A DNA stretch of 64,000 bases from positions 2,294,001 to 2,358,000 of the forward strand of contig JAUFOQ010000002.1 in the NCBI GenBank assembly GCA_040285855.1, given 5' to 3'. Shown here in pieces: positions 13,976 to 27,000 of this stretch (positions are counted from its first letter, which is position 1; each line of letters opens with the position of its first letter). The position numbers and the translations under genes are program-made. A model generated the notes under the pieces. The model was not told the DNA's origin and did not search any database. It saw only the letters and a list, made by a program, of their open reading frames with translations. This DNA comes from Eukaryota sp. GEM-RC1 (lineage: Eukaryota).

Positions 13976-14231
13976 GTTCCAGATCAGAGATCTGTTTTGT
14001 TTATCAAACAAAATCTTAGAATTCACTTCCAGCACAGTCCTATAACAATAAAACTGGTAGTTTTATTGCGCAATAAATGGAGGGCGTTTTCCCAATAACA
14101 TGTATACTGTTTCTGAAAGCGTTGTTTGAACAAGTGTTTTGCCCAGAAACGAAGAGATAAATGCTCCAATTTGTACAGATATCTTGTATTGAAAGGCCGA
14201 CAGCTCTTGATAGCTCAATTCTTGAAAACAA

Positions 14232-15378
14232 ATGATTCTTCACTTTCAGCAAAGTCCTCTACCACGAAACTTCACAGTTGACGCTGATCCGAGTGATACT
14301 GTGGATTCTCTCAAATGCCTCATTGAAGTCCAGGAGTCAATTCCTCACTCCGATCAATGGATCTTCTTCAACAACTCCCAACTTACCGATCACCAGATCT
14401 TATCTTCTTTTGGTTTGACCGACAACTCTCTACTGCATCTTATCGTCTCTGCACCCTTATCGGCTGCTCCAAATGACATTGATGCATTCTTTTACTTTCT
14501 TGCAGCTAATCCAATGGCTCTTCAAGAACTGTCCCAACAGAATGTCCCACTACATCAGTCGTTCACACAAGGTTTGCAAGCTTTTCGTCAGAAAATATTA
14601 GAACAACGCATTTCTCAAGTTTCGAGTGATTTAGTACGTTCAGGTGCAGTGGCAACAAATCATGAGGAACTTCGTAAAAAACAAGCCATACAAGAACAGA
14701 AACTATCAGTATATGAGCATCATCCTGAAGCTTTTGTTCGTGTTCATATGCTCTATATCAAAGCCTCCATTAATGGACACCCTCTCACTCTTCTGTTAGA
14801 CACTGGAGCTCAGCAGAGTGTTTTCAGCCGTGTCTCCGCAGAGAAAGCTGGTATCATGGAGTACTTAGATCGTGGTATCGTGATAATCTTGTATTGTTCT
14901 CACTCTAGATTTCGCAGGGATTGCCTATGGCGTTGGACAACAGAAAATACTGGGACGAGTCCATGCAGTTGCTTTCAAAATGGGTGAGTCTTTCTTTGAT
15001 CACTCCGTTACCGTAATGGAGGGAGATCGACCTCTAATGCTGCTGGGATTGGATTTTATGCTGCGCCACCAAGCCATTATTGATCTTAGGAGTAAGCTCT
15101 TTCGAATCGGAGATGAGGGAATTGGATTCTTAAATGAAAACCAAGTTTCGCCAGAGCTGTCACTTACTCCAGAAGAGGCGAGTACAGCGCAAAAAGCACA
15201 GCCAACGAACGCACAGCCAGCTGTACCGCCAACAGGATTTGTAAGAGAGTTTCCTAGGGAAAAGATTCAACATTTAAAGGATCTAGGCGTTCCTGAAGAT
15301 CGAGCAAAACAATTGTTAATTGAAACAAATGGAAATGTAGAACTAGCAGCGACTGTTTTCTTCTCTGAACCGCAGTAA
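14232..15378 (+). CDS. DDI1: DNA damage-inducible protein 1 (UBL, retroviral-like aspartyl protease, UBA)
   Basis: N-terminal UBL, HPEAF..VHMLYI, catalytic DTGAQ, LLGLDFM and C-terminal UBA. A 34-nt intron at 14875-14908 restores LDRDFAGIAYGVG. Confidence 0.95.
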
Positions 15379-16054
15379 GTGTACATAAATTAGGCTCTCT
15401 GATTTGTTTTTGTATAGGTACATTGATTTTCATGTTCTTCTAATAGATTCAATTCATGAAGAATGTAACCAATGAGCTGGAAAGAATGATTAACAAACAA
15501 ATCAATAAGTTTTATAAACATTGTGCCAAACAATAAACGGAGGAGCACGATAAAGAAGGGGAGGAGGAAGCTACCAAACTCTTTGAGTTATCTGGCATTC
15601 GGTGCATAGTTTGTGTTTCTCAGCACATCGAGGACAAGCGTTGTCCACCCATTCATCTTGAGGGGAGGATTGGTCACAGTTGCAGCAAAGGTAGAAGATC
15701 ATGGTCACCAGCGAACGTACTAGTAGTTAGGAAAACAGTGGATGATCGGTATCTCTTCAATTAGAATGACATGCTCAAAAATATTAGGGACCGATCAAAA
15801 TTTTAGACTGTTTGAATCACATCACCAACTACCAACAAACCATGTAGTTCTACTTCACATCCATGTACATCACGAACATTTCTAGCACATTATCACTCTC
15901 TCCTCAGTTCGTTCGTCTTTGAATTGCATTTGTTCGTGATGATGTATATGATCATTGTGACTAATATCCCCAATTAAACAAGTACTCTCCTTACATGTAT
16001 GAAGAAATAGGCTTAACAATGGAACTAAGCCAACATACATTTATTCTTACAGTC

Positions 16055-17302
16055 TTAAGACGTCATCTTTTCCAAAAGAAAACGTCTACCCACAACAGCG
16101 GATCCGAGAACGATAATAGAAGAGCAGAACCACGCAATCTCGGAGAACTTACACGAGACAAGGAGCTCTTCAATACAGAATATAACAAAAAACACAGAGG
16201 CGTACCCTTGAAGAGCTGTCACATCACACAAAATACCAACACCAATGAAAAAACCTACATAGAGAATAAAAATGAGAAAACGCAACAAATGGGGCAGATC
16301 TGATAGACATAAATACAGCAAAAGTGATAGGCAAAAAACGAAGTTGATAACATGGAAAAATCCAGCATCAAAAAGAGATAGGGAAGGATTGACAACAGAC
16401 AACAACTCCATGATTCTTTCATTACCATACTTCTCGAAAAGTAAAACCAAGCATCTTAAAAACAATATTGCACCACTTGAGAAAAGTCCAGTGCTAATAG
16501 CTGACAACGATTCATAACCAAGTGCATAGCTTAAGTTATATGCATGGATAACAAAGCCAAGGGACGAAACAAGAGACATGGCAGAGAAGACACCGAGAGT
16601 GATGGATTGCAGTCGGAGTGTGAAGTAAACACTGGAGGCAGTCACAACAAGGAAATTGAAAAATTTAGGTGATGTTGAAAATGCACTAGCCGCACCGTTC
16701 TGAAGAAGGACTACAATGAGAACAGCAGAGAACCTGTTGAAAAAGAAGCCGATTTGGAAAAGAGACAACTGTAAGAAGAGATGGAGAAGGAAGGGCATGT
16801 GATGGTAAGCTAACAGAACAAGAATTGTGAGTTCACGTACTAAAGCGAGAAACATAATGTCTAGCCGCAACACAGACGCAATCCAGCTAGAAATCTTGAC
16901 AATCGGAGGCCAAATGTAAACAGCAAAAACCTTGGCGAAAGATGTGATAGCAGCAATCGAAGCAGTGACTTGAATGAGAACCAGGAATGACATTGACTTC
17001 CTGAGTTTCGAGAAGAAGGACATTTGGTGTGAAACGAAATAGATCAGAGACTCCTCATCTGGAAACTCTCGATGTGCAACGGAAGAGGCTTCTTTTAGGA
17101 TGTTGGAGATGTGCTCAAAGACCATGCTGTTGTCATTTAACAAACCAAGAGAAACAAGAGACCGTATTTCATGAATACGTCCGAGATACTGGTGAAGAGA
17201 TTCTGACAAAGGCGATGCAAGTGCTTGCGTCAAAAGTAATAACACAATCAAAAGCTTGAACATGAGACTAAGATTGTATCCACTCAATGGATTCCATGCC
17301 AT
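16055..17302 (-). CDS. Multi-pass membrane protein of unknown function
   Basis: About 415-aa ORF with a signal-peptide-like start and about 10 hydrophobic segments. Confidence 0.7.
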   Translation of the reverse strand: MAWNPLSGYNLSLMFKLLIVLLLLTQALASPLSESLHQYLGRIHEIRSLVSLGLLNDNSMVFEHISNILKEASSVAHREFPDEESLIYFVSHQMSFFSKLRKSMSFLVLIQVTASIAAITSFAKVFAVYIWPPIVKISSWIASVLRLDIMFLALVRELTILVLLAYHHMPFLLHLFLQLSLFQIGFFFNRFSAVLIVVLLQNGAASAFSTSPKFFNFLVVTASSVYFTLRLQSITLGVFSAMSLVSSLGFVIHAYNLSYALGYESLSAISTGLFSSGAILFLRCLVLLFEKYGNERIMELLSVVNPSLSLFDAGFFHVINFVFCLSLLLYLCLSDLPHLLRFLIFILYVGFFIGVGILCDVTALQGYASVFFVIFCIEELLVSCKFSEIAWFCSSIIVLGSAVVGRRFLLEKMTS

Positions 17303-17314
17303 GTCTCCTCCGAT

Positions 17315-18052
17315 CAGCAATGTAAAAATATCTTATTGTTATCTTATTGTTTTCTGACATCCAACGATAAATATATTTTCTGGACTGATATCTTATCTTA
17401 TTTATAGGTTATCTTGAGTCAAAACAATAAATATATCTTCAATAACGACAGTAACTAATCACTAAGAACAAAAATTTCATCAATTTCATCAACTGGCGCC
17501 TGACTAAGTTGAGATTCGACATCAGGATGTTTTGTTAAAATTTGTTCAATAGTTGACTGATCCCACAGATCAGAATATTGTACAATAAGAACAGTTGCTT
17601 TTCTAGAGCTTCTGAGCTCAAATTTGGCCTAGTGTCTCCTAAAGTTCTTTTAGCTCTGCTGAAAAGTCTCTCAACTTCATTGCTAGTTGCTGGAATCCAA
17701 CTTAAATCTATATATTTTCGGCCTTGATTAGTTCGTTGCTGTTTACGTTTGTTCATTCTTTCATTTGAGCAATGGGAGGATTTGGAGCAGGAACAACAGC
17801 TGTAAAATAGTGAAGAGCAAGCGTTTTTGGTCGAACACCAATATCTGCGGGACGCTTGGAAAATGACATAAAGATAAGAATCTGGTTAGAGAAAGAAAAT
17901 GGAAGTTCTTGACTTATCTTATCTTATTGAAATATATCGTATATTGTTCAGTTTTCAAGATAAATATATTGCGGAGAGAGAGTGTCACAATAAGATAACA
18001 ATAAATATATTTATTGAAATTGTACAATATATTTATTTATTTTACATTGCTG
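17315..18052 (-). mobile_element. Non-autonomous hAT element (738 bp) with transposase C-terminal remnant
   Basis: TIR cagcaatgtaaaa / ttttacattgctg; TSD cctccgat/cgtccgat (7/8); internal IPATSNEVERLFS (hAT dimerisation domain); tcttat subterminal repeats. Confidence 0.9.
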
Positions 18053-18350
18053 CGTCCGATTGCTACTGATATCGTTTTTGAAAATGATTTCAGTACATTT
18101 AATGCCGAAATACCACGCCTCTAGATTTCAGCAAGATATATACAATCATCTCATTTGAATTTCCAGTAACTCCCTTCAGTTAGGATTGAGGGAATGTATA
18201 ATATGATGGTTCGATCAGCAGACACCCAGCTCACCTATAATTCTAAAAGTTCATGAAAGTTAAGATTACAAGGAAGAAATTAAATTAATTATATGACATA
18301 AAAATTAAAAACTGCTCTACTTATATACAACATTAAGAATAACCCATTCA

Positions 18351-18660
18351 TCAATTAACAGAACCCAATGTTGGCCAATCTTGCTGACGTTTCTCCTTCT
18401 TCATTTGAACAGAAGGGAACGAATCAAGCGTTAGATAGAGATCTAACAGCTCTTGGAAACGTGGACTGAACTTGATTGGATACTTGTCTTTCCTATATAC
18501 GAGGAAAGCAACAAACTTCTCTAGTCCATACAAACTGTTCCCTTGGAAGTAATCATACTCCACTAAATCCATAAACTCCTTCAAAATACGATCACTAAAG
18601 TTTTTCTCCAAGAAGAAACTAGCAAATCTGAATACGCATTGCAGACCATATGAATAGCCT
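18351..18660 (-). pseudogene. Orphan 3' fragment of a LARP1-like gene (DM15 domain)
   Basis: YSYGLQCVFRFASFFLEKNF...LYGLEKFVAFL matches DM15 repeats; no upstream coding region is visible. Confidence 0.75.
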
Positions 18661-19115
18661 GAAGGGTGAACTCACTTTGCCATAAGTTTTGTTGAATACA
18701 ATAACTCAAAATTGTGAATGAATACAGTATTCTTCATTTTGATGACCTGATCCAGATTTAGACAATATAAAAACACAAACTGGTATTGTACTTGTAATAG
18801 TCTTGTGTCTCATATATCAACAAATTGGAACAAATATTTTTCAACATTACAACGTGTACTGCTATTACGATAAAAGTTGAACAGAACACTAGTATTTTAC
18901 AACGTTGCTTGTTCTGACGAGGTTTCCTGTTTGTGTTTCTCAAAGAGAGTCGAAAAACAACTTTATACAAGGATCAACCGTAGTGAAATCTATCACTGTT
19001 TGACACGAATTAAGATATGACACAATAAGCTAACCTCGTCGACAATTGTTATTATTAACATCATTTTGATGTTTAAGAAGAGGATCAATTTTCCACACTA
19101 GATGCATATTAGAAG

Positions 19116-19845
19116 CATAGTTCAGATCTACATATACACATAATATACTGTATATACCGATTTTCGGTATATACAGTGTATATAAAAATGTCCCAAGATG
19201 TTGGTTAACGGTGCACATTTGTATGTGAGTTCAGTTACATGTATACAACGGTTTATGAATTTGTCAGAGTCTACTGGATGACCAGACTGTATTAGTCATT
19301 GTCAAGGACAAAGATTCAGGTCATTAAGCAAATAAGTAGTGACCAATTGAAATTGGCTCTAACTACAGTACTGAACAACAGTAAAATCTTCTCTCTGTCC
19401 CTCCATTGCACTTAGTTTTAACATAAACTTTACCGACTTCATATAGCGTTGATCGCTCATGGAGCTGATGTAGTATTCAATGATGAGGTAGATTGGCCTT
19501 TGGATGAAGATTTGGATGAAGACCTGCCAGAAAACAATATCGAAGAGGAAAGTGAAGAGAATACGGTAAGTGATGATGGCGGATTATCTTCTTTCTGCTC
19601 GGAAATGGAGGATGATGCGATCATTGTATCTGTATCCAACAGGTGTACAATGAAGACAGAACCACAAAAATGACTGTAAAACATGATGTGGCTGATGATT
19701 AGATTTGTTGTTGAATATAGAGTATTTTATATACATGTATGTGTGGATGTATGTGTGTATGAACTGTATATACAAATGTATATGTATATTTGTGTATATA
19801 CAGTATATGATAAATCCAACCCGTGTACAGTATATCTGAACTATG
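19116..19845. mobile_element. Non-autonomous hAT element (730 bp)
   Basis: TIR catagttcagat / atctgaactatg; perfect 8-bp TSD attagaag (19108-19115 and 19846-19853); tatac-rich subterminal repeats; acidic transposase-tail-like remnant. Confidence 0.9.
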
Positions 19846-19910
19846 ATTAGAAGTACTGTATAGAAGAAGTTCTTCTATCAGATGTTGATTGAATTTCTTG
19901 GGTCTTTTTG

Positions 19911-20987
19911 ATGCCACTTGACGAACAGTATCAGACCATCAGGAACCAATTGCTAGGTTCTAGGTCTTCCCCTCTACCCTTCTATGAAAGTGTTCGTACT
20001 CAGATTATTAGACAAAAGCTATGGGGACGCCCTTCTGTCTCCCGGCCTCCTACTTCCCCCCAACAATCCTCCCAGTCAACTCTTCCCCTATCACTTCCAG
20101 TTGAATCCTCCATCACCTTCTTCTCTTTCCTTCCTGATTCCTCAGCTGACTTCCTTGCAGGCACTTCCTCTGGCCAAATCCACCTCTGCTCCCCTCACTC
20201 TACCACTTCTCCCTTCCAATCTCCCCACAGAGGCCCAATCTCGTCAATTCTCTTTCTTCCCCTCGGGTCTTTCTTCCTTAGCTCTGGCTTGGACAAAGTA
20301 GTGGTCATGTGGAATCTTCAAGACTGTACTCCAATTAAGGTCTTCTACTTCTCTGAACCCGTTGTTTCTTTGGTTTTAAGTAATGACAATCCAAATTTCT
20401 GTATTATTGGAACGCCCAAAACCGTATCTTGTTTAAATTTATCGAATTTTTCACTAATTTCGAAAACTTTGCCTTTTCTTATCACATCTAATCTTTCGTT
20501 AATTGAAACGTGCTTTTATGGTGTAGTTTTTGGTAATGAATTTGGTGCTCTTTGTTTATTGCCAGTTGTTTTTGGTAAACGTTTTCACAAAATCCAAATG
20601 GTCTCTAAAATATTTAATAATTCAGTTGTTGAACATTTAAATTTTTTACCTGTCACGTGTCAGTTGCTGTGTTTGTTGAGCGACAAGTCTATTGCTTGTT
20701 TTTCGTGTAACAAAATTGCTCCTGTTAAATACTTTTTTAAATATTTGGAGTTATCACAACAAATTGATATTTTTAATCTGAGGAATTTGAAATTTTGTTT
20801 CTTTAAGGAAAAGTTCATTGTGGCTTCTGATGGTATTTTGGTCTACAAACATGATGGGCAGCGCTTTGTGTTGATTCAAAATCACAAAGTTCCTTTTGAT
20901 ATGGAATTAATGCAAATTAATTCTGATCAGGATGACTTAATTATTGGTGTGTTGTCTTCAGCTAATGAATTCCTTATTGTTTCATAG
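19911..20987 (+). CDS. WD40-repeat protein
   Basis: HRGPISSILF...SSGLDKVVVMWNL WD repeat in a 359-aa ORF. Confidence 0.75.
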   Translation: MPLDEQYQTIRNQLLGSRSSPLPFYESVRTQIIRQKLWGRPSVSRPPTSPQQSSQSTLPLSLPVESSITFFSFLPDSSADFLAGTSSGQIHLCSPHSTTSPFQSPHRGPISSILFLPLGSFFLSSGLDKVVVMWNLQDCTPIKVFYFSEPVVSLVLSNDNPNFCIIGTPKTVSCLNLSNFSLISKTLPFLITSNLSLIETCFYGVVFGNEFGALCLLPVVFGKRFHKIQMVSKIFNNSVVEHLNFLPVTCQLLCLLSDKSIACFSCNKIAPVKYFFKYLELSQQIDIFNLRNLKFCFFKEKFIVASDGILVYKHDGQRFVLIQNHKVPFDMELMQINSDQDDLIIGVLSSANEFLIVS

Positions 20988-21609
20988 TTCTGATTCAACT
21001 GTACCTTTCGACATAGTTAAGAGTTCCAAGTTTCTATTAGAGAAATTGAATTCCTAATAACCAGGCTATTATAGGTTCATTATGGCAGACCTATCTAGGT
21101 CAAAAGTCTAACTAAACATTGGGACTTAGGTGAAGGTCTTGTATCGAGTCCTTGAATTAGCCACGCTGTAACTACTGGAGTCAATTGTCAATGCTGTGGT
21201 TAATGTTAGATACCGTTTTTACTTAGGATTAACAGTTGTTGAAGGAATGAAACAAGGTGTGTCACAGCTGAGTGCTTTGCCTGTGTTTGTTCACGACTTT
21301 TGTATCGCGATACAATTCAAATGTCTACTTTGGAATTGTGGGTACAATAAGAGTTTTTTGTTTTTTGTGTAGTTTTCATTGTACGTTGTGTTTTGAATTA
21401 CAAACGTCGCCAGATTTTTACCTGATTTCTTTAGTCAACATCACAAAATACCACAACATTCTGTTTCACATTCATTCATTGAGCTAACAATGTGAGTGAC
21501 ACTTTCTTCAATCAAATAGAATTGTTTATGAGCTGGATTTAAGTTGGTAAACACATACATAGAAGAATACAGTAGAAGAGGTGAACAAATTTAATCCTGA
21601 TTAATTTAC

Positions 21610-22271
21610 ATGTCCCGACAACAACTTCTAAACATCGTTGTATTAGGTTCCCCGGGGTACTTTTTCTGATTACAAACTAACATCAGTGTCGGGAAGACGT
21701 CCATCGTTTCACAATATGCCCATCGAAAGTTCAATGACGGTAATTCTGCTGATAGTAGTATATCTTTTCACTCATCTTCTTACTTAAGATCCTGATGTTG
21801 AAGTTCGAGAGATGAATATAGACAACACTCCAGTTATACTTAAATTCTGTGATACAACAGGAGATATCGAATTTCCCAGTAACGACGCACCTTTATACAG
21901 AGGAGTAGACGCTTGTCTGCTAGTATATGATGTTAACAACCCCGATTCATTTGATGAACTGGATTCGTTGAGAGAGAATTTCCTTACTCAAGCAGATCTC
22001 GATCCTTCTGATGTTGATGACTTTCCCTTCGTTGTTTTGGGCAATAAATCTGACCTTCTGGAAGATCCTTCATCACTGAAGGATCAAGCTTCAAGTTGGC
22101 GTCAATCTCATGGTAATATTCCCTTATTTGAAACCTCTGCAAACGATTACTCAACCATCGTATGTTGATTTCACTTTTTGATCTTAGCACACTGCTATTT
22201 TGGAACTTGTTCGATCTGTACTGAAAAGAATGGCACCCTTACTCCCCCCACACCTTACATTGATCAAATGA
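21610..22271 (+). CDS. Divergent Rab7-like small GTPase (three tiny introns)
   Basis: After splicing: GSPGVGKTS (intron 21657-21686), DTTGD, YRGVDACLLVYDV, FPFVVLGNKSD and FETSA. Further introns at about 21759-21789 and 22160-22187. Confidence 0.8.
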
Positions 22272-22496
22272 TAATTTCAGGAGGAAGTTTGGGTTGTGGA
22301 ACAAAATCTGTCTTGTCTTACATTGCCTTAACAATCTTGTTTTTCTCTCTTTCGGGCATCTTGTTACTCCCAAGTGGTCTTAATTCATGTTTTGTTGCCT
22401 TCTTTATCATTATGATACAGAATATATCCTCATATCTGTAACGAACAACAGTATCACCTTTACCTTAGCTGTGGGTTTTACTTTGTTGTAACACTT

Positions 22497-23645
22497 TTGA
22501 TAAGTTTCTTTTTACCTCTTCAACCTCGATATGGCAGTTTGTTCGTGTATTTGATCACGTTAATCCAACCAGTGGTTTTACTTGCTGAAACGTACAATAC
22601 TAACCAGAAACTACAGAAACAATGTACTGCTGGTTTGGTAATTGTTATCCTCACCAGTCTTTATGTTGTGTCAATGCTTCCTGCAACTACTCTTGCAATG
22701 ACTCCTGTTCAGAATCACACGTCATCATTTGAGGAAGAACACCTTTCAGATGTTTACTTTCCTTATGCATCTTTACCAGATTTCTTTGTTCCCACTGAAA
22801 TCAGCCTTCTTCTGCCTAAGGTTCCACGAACGAAAGTGTTTGTTATCGGAGGGCCTTCTGGAACTGGGAAGTCTGTTTCCTTATATCATTATTTAAATAT
22901 TAATACCCCTATTTGGATTTCTGGAAAAAAACTCTTTGTGAAAACATGGTACATGTAGCTCTTGACCCAGGTTTTAACCTCACAAAAGATTCTGATTGCT
23001 TAGTGTATCTTGCCCAAATCTTGTCGTCTACTCCAAGTGCTCTTGTTATTGAATTTGCTGATCACCTGTCCACTTCAGGTGGTATTGCTTCGTTTTTGCA
23101 GCATCTTGGTCTTGATTCTGCTGTTCCCATCCCTATTTACCTCACTATCTCCAACTACCATCATTATAGACAGCATATTCATCCGCTGATTAGTCGTATT
23201 GCATTCTTTAAATGGTTTAATTATCCAAGTGAAGAAGTTGTACAAAGTCTTGTTGCTCATTATGGTTTGGACTTAAACAAAACACTAAGAGATGTCGGAC
23301 CTTCCTTTAATCTGCTTCAAACGTACTTTATTAGTGATGAAGCAGCTCAAGATGAGTGTTTTGCCATTGTTGAGAATTTAAAGGACTATTATTCTACTTT
23401 TGACAAAGTTGACGAGTTTCCTTCCACTGACTATGATCCCATTGTATTTTCGTATCAACAGCATTATCCATCATATAATAACCTTGTTCAAAAACAGTTA
23501 CTCTATCGTGGACCTTCTGGTCTCATGTTCGCCAATCCCCCTTGTTAGAAGAGCAATGTGCACACTTTTTGATCAAAAGGATAAGGTCGAACCTTCTTGT
23601 AGTTCAGTATCACTATGTGGCCAGATTTCTCATAAGTCAGTGTAA
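22497..23645 (+). CDS. Membrane-anchored P-loop NTPase-like protein, frameshifted
   Basis: Hydrophobic N-terminus, Walker A GPSGTGKS and Walker B-like LVIEFAD; indels in A and C runs near 22925 and 23540. Confidence 0.55.
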
Positions 23646-24099
23646 GGTGTCAAAGTTACGATGTATTACACTGAATATATTTAAATATTTAATATATTTA
23701 AACTGAATAAAGTTTTGTAATTGTCTGTTAGGAACCCCAGTTAGAGTATTTTGTTTACCGATAACGACTCTGTGTTGTAATTTGTTCTAGAAATATTAAA
23801 TCAATCAATTCAATGCTAATCAAAATTTGATTCATTTCATCTCACCGCTAAGTCTAGTCTTTAAAATTTGCTGAAAGAGCCAAAACATAAAAGTAGAAAA
23901 GACAAACAGAACTACAATTTTTCAGAAGTTAATGAAGATAATCCTTTGTATAGGTAGGGATGAGGTTTGTTTGGTTTAGTTCTAGCTATTATTGGCTCGA
24001 TTCAGAACTTCTGGAGTACACTATCTTTTATGTCAAAATGTATCTTGGACTAACAAAACAAGTCAAACACTGTAATATTAAAAGAAATTTACACAAAAA

Positions 24100-27000
24100 A
24101 TATAAAAACAAACGTTACAATCTAAACATCTTTGAAATCCCATCATCCATTCCATTAAAGAACATCACAGCCTCCTCATTCTTATGAGTTTTAATAGTCC
24201 GATCTCTAGCATCGAGAGGAACCTTAGAAAGTTTATCCAATCCAACTACGTTCTGGATGGTCAGCCCTTTATACCAGAGTATGTTTCGTCAGCAGATGAA
24301 ATCATTTCAGCAGTAAAAAGTGAAAAGAGTTCTTTTTGCAGAGGACGATTGTTGATAAGCATTCCAACTTCCTTTGCTCTTCTTTACATTTCCAAAAAAA
24401 GAGAATTTCTTCTTCAATTTTCCCACAATAAAAGAAAGAACCAGTGCCATTTTTGTAATCGAATCATCCAGTAAGTTTGAATGGCAAAATGTTTCAAAAG
24501 TTGAGAAATTCTCCAAATAGAGTTCTGAACTAACAACATCTGCTTCATGTTCCAATTCATAAATGATAGCCAAAATACAGAACTGTAAAACTGTTATTTC
24601 TGCTCCACCAGGTTGTACCAATACAAGACAATCAGAAGAATCAGTCGAATTGAGGAAATTAAGTTTGTCAATCATCGGCAGAGCCATAATGAGGCTGTAG
24701 ATTCCAGTTCCAAAAAGACTGGCCAGAGCAATCTTGTGGCTTTCACATACGTGTCCTAATTCAGCGATGATTTCGTCTTCGCTTTGAAATACATAAGTCT
24801 TAAACTGTTGATATTCGAGATGAGAAGCTGTTTGTAATAACATGTCAGCTATTTTCCTATGCTCGGGTAAATCCATTGTTTCAGGAAGCAGTACATCTGA
24901 AGGGAAAAGAGCACCAATGGCCACAGAATTGTCAGCATCAAAGAACAAGGGTTCATCAGGATTCTCACGCAAAGGAGGAACGACATGAACTAGGTTATCT
25001 AAACGGCGATTGAACGTAACTACTCCGATTTGATTAAACTGTGCAACGGTGAAGAAGTGGGCTGTTGCTGGTAAGAGACATTTTTTAGCAATTAAAGATT
25101 TGGAGACGGGAGACTTGGAAAAGGAAGTGTTCTTTTGGGGGGAAATGGAAATTCTTCCAAACTTTTTGAAAAATCTTCTGAAAAATCTTCGACAAAAGCA
25201 ACATGATGACGATAAGCAACCTCGCCAGACTTCTGTATACGGTTCCGGAACTTTCCAGCATCCATTGAAGTGTAACCATCATGATGCGGAGCTTTTACAT
25301 ACCAGTCAGACAGCAACTTTTGTAACAACAATTGTCCAGTATGATTTCCCCTGAGAAACACAAATCCAGTACCAGAATTGTGTAACCAAAGAATGTCTTG
25401 TACATGGATGTCCTTGATAAATTCATAGCTGCAGTACAGAACCAAAACAACCTTGAAAGTGGAATTCCCTTCTTCATCAACAATGTTCCTCCACGAATTA
25501 TCATGACGATTACCTTCTGAGTCGAATGAAAAGCCATCTTTACTTTGACAATCCCAAAGAAGATACGTTAGTCCCAACTTCTTCAACAATTCAAACCAAA
25601 TCGGAAGTTCAGTTTTAGAAGTTTCAGTTGTAGCGACTAGTAGAACATCGGGCTTTGCGTTGGGATCAAAGGCTTCAACACTGAATGGGATTGTAACATA
25701 ATACAAAAGTAAGGAATCATAAATGAATGATAGACTTACTTGCAAGGTAGTAGCAGGAGGCACAGTCTCAGCAACACGGAATACCAGTGAACAAGAAACT
25801 GTGGAATTAGCAGGTACAGAAGGAATTACCAAATCATTAACATCGCATTGAGACCCATCGAGACTAAAGCTGACAAGAGAAACAGGGTGATTTGTTGAAT
25901 GATGTAATGTGAGAGGCTTTGAATCATTAGAAGTAGGATTCGAAAGGTTGATGGCGACTGCGCTAGCTTCACCAGGTGCAACAAATGTTGAAGAACATGT
26001 TGGACTTTCTACAGTTACTGGCAAAGAAACAACAAAGGTTTGGATATGATTGGTGTTTTTGGCTTGTCATCACAAGAATAAATTGCCTTTGGAATGTAAT
26101 GGTCACTACTTAGAAGACAGATACTGTCATAAGAAACGTTGACACGACAATTCCAGGATTCATCAACAAAAACCTCTGAAGGCATGTCATCGGATTTTCT
26201 GGTGATTGTTCCACTTATACTATCCGTTACAGTAAAGGTTCCTTGGGCACCTATGGAGGGAAGTACAATTGTAGAGGGAAACTGAATGGAAAAGAGATCA
26301 GATCCTACAGAAGCAGCTGAAACCACTACTCCAGCTGGAAGTGGCATATCTTTTGATTTGTTTTTGATTTTGATATTGGAGATGGTAACTACTGTTCCAG
26401 GATGAATCTCATCAGGAGCAGGACTAACAGTAAATGACTCGACAATGATTGAAAAGCGTTCATAGTAGACCGTGCCATCAGTCAACACATAAGCAAATGA
26501 GCCTAAGTTGCCACAGCTTCCAAGATTTCCAGATTTACCAGAGGATAAATAATTGTTTGAATCGGTAGACTTACCAGCAGAACCACCAGCACCATAATTG
26601 CCATACCATCCCCAGATAACATTAGGAACCACATAGGCAAAGTCAGTGAGGGAATGCGCTTTGATCACGATGACACCACCGTTACCACCATCACCACCGT
26701 TACCACCGTCTCCGCCTTCTGTCTGTAAATTGCTTCCATTACCATCACCTCCATCACCACCTTTACCTCCTCTGCCTCCTGAAGAATCAACCTTGACAAC
26801 TTCATTCTCTCCAAGTTCAAACACGTGATCAAGAGCACCTGACACATGTAAGTTCCGTGAGTCATCACAGCGAATTTCAATTTCTAATGATTTGCCATTT
26901 CGACCATTTCCACCAGGACGTCCGTTACAATGCTTATTAGCTCTATCATCACAATTGCGCCCATTTTCTCCACGTCCATTAATCACATAACGAGATTTGC

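Noticed and set aside
21230..21300. GMKQG-like RT remnant
   Set aside because: Too short and degenerate to support a call.
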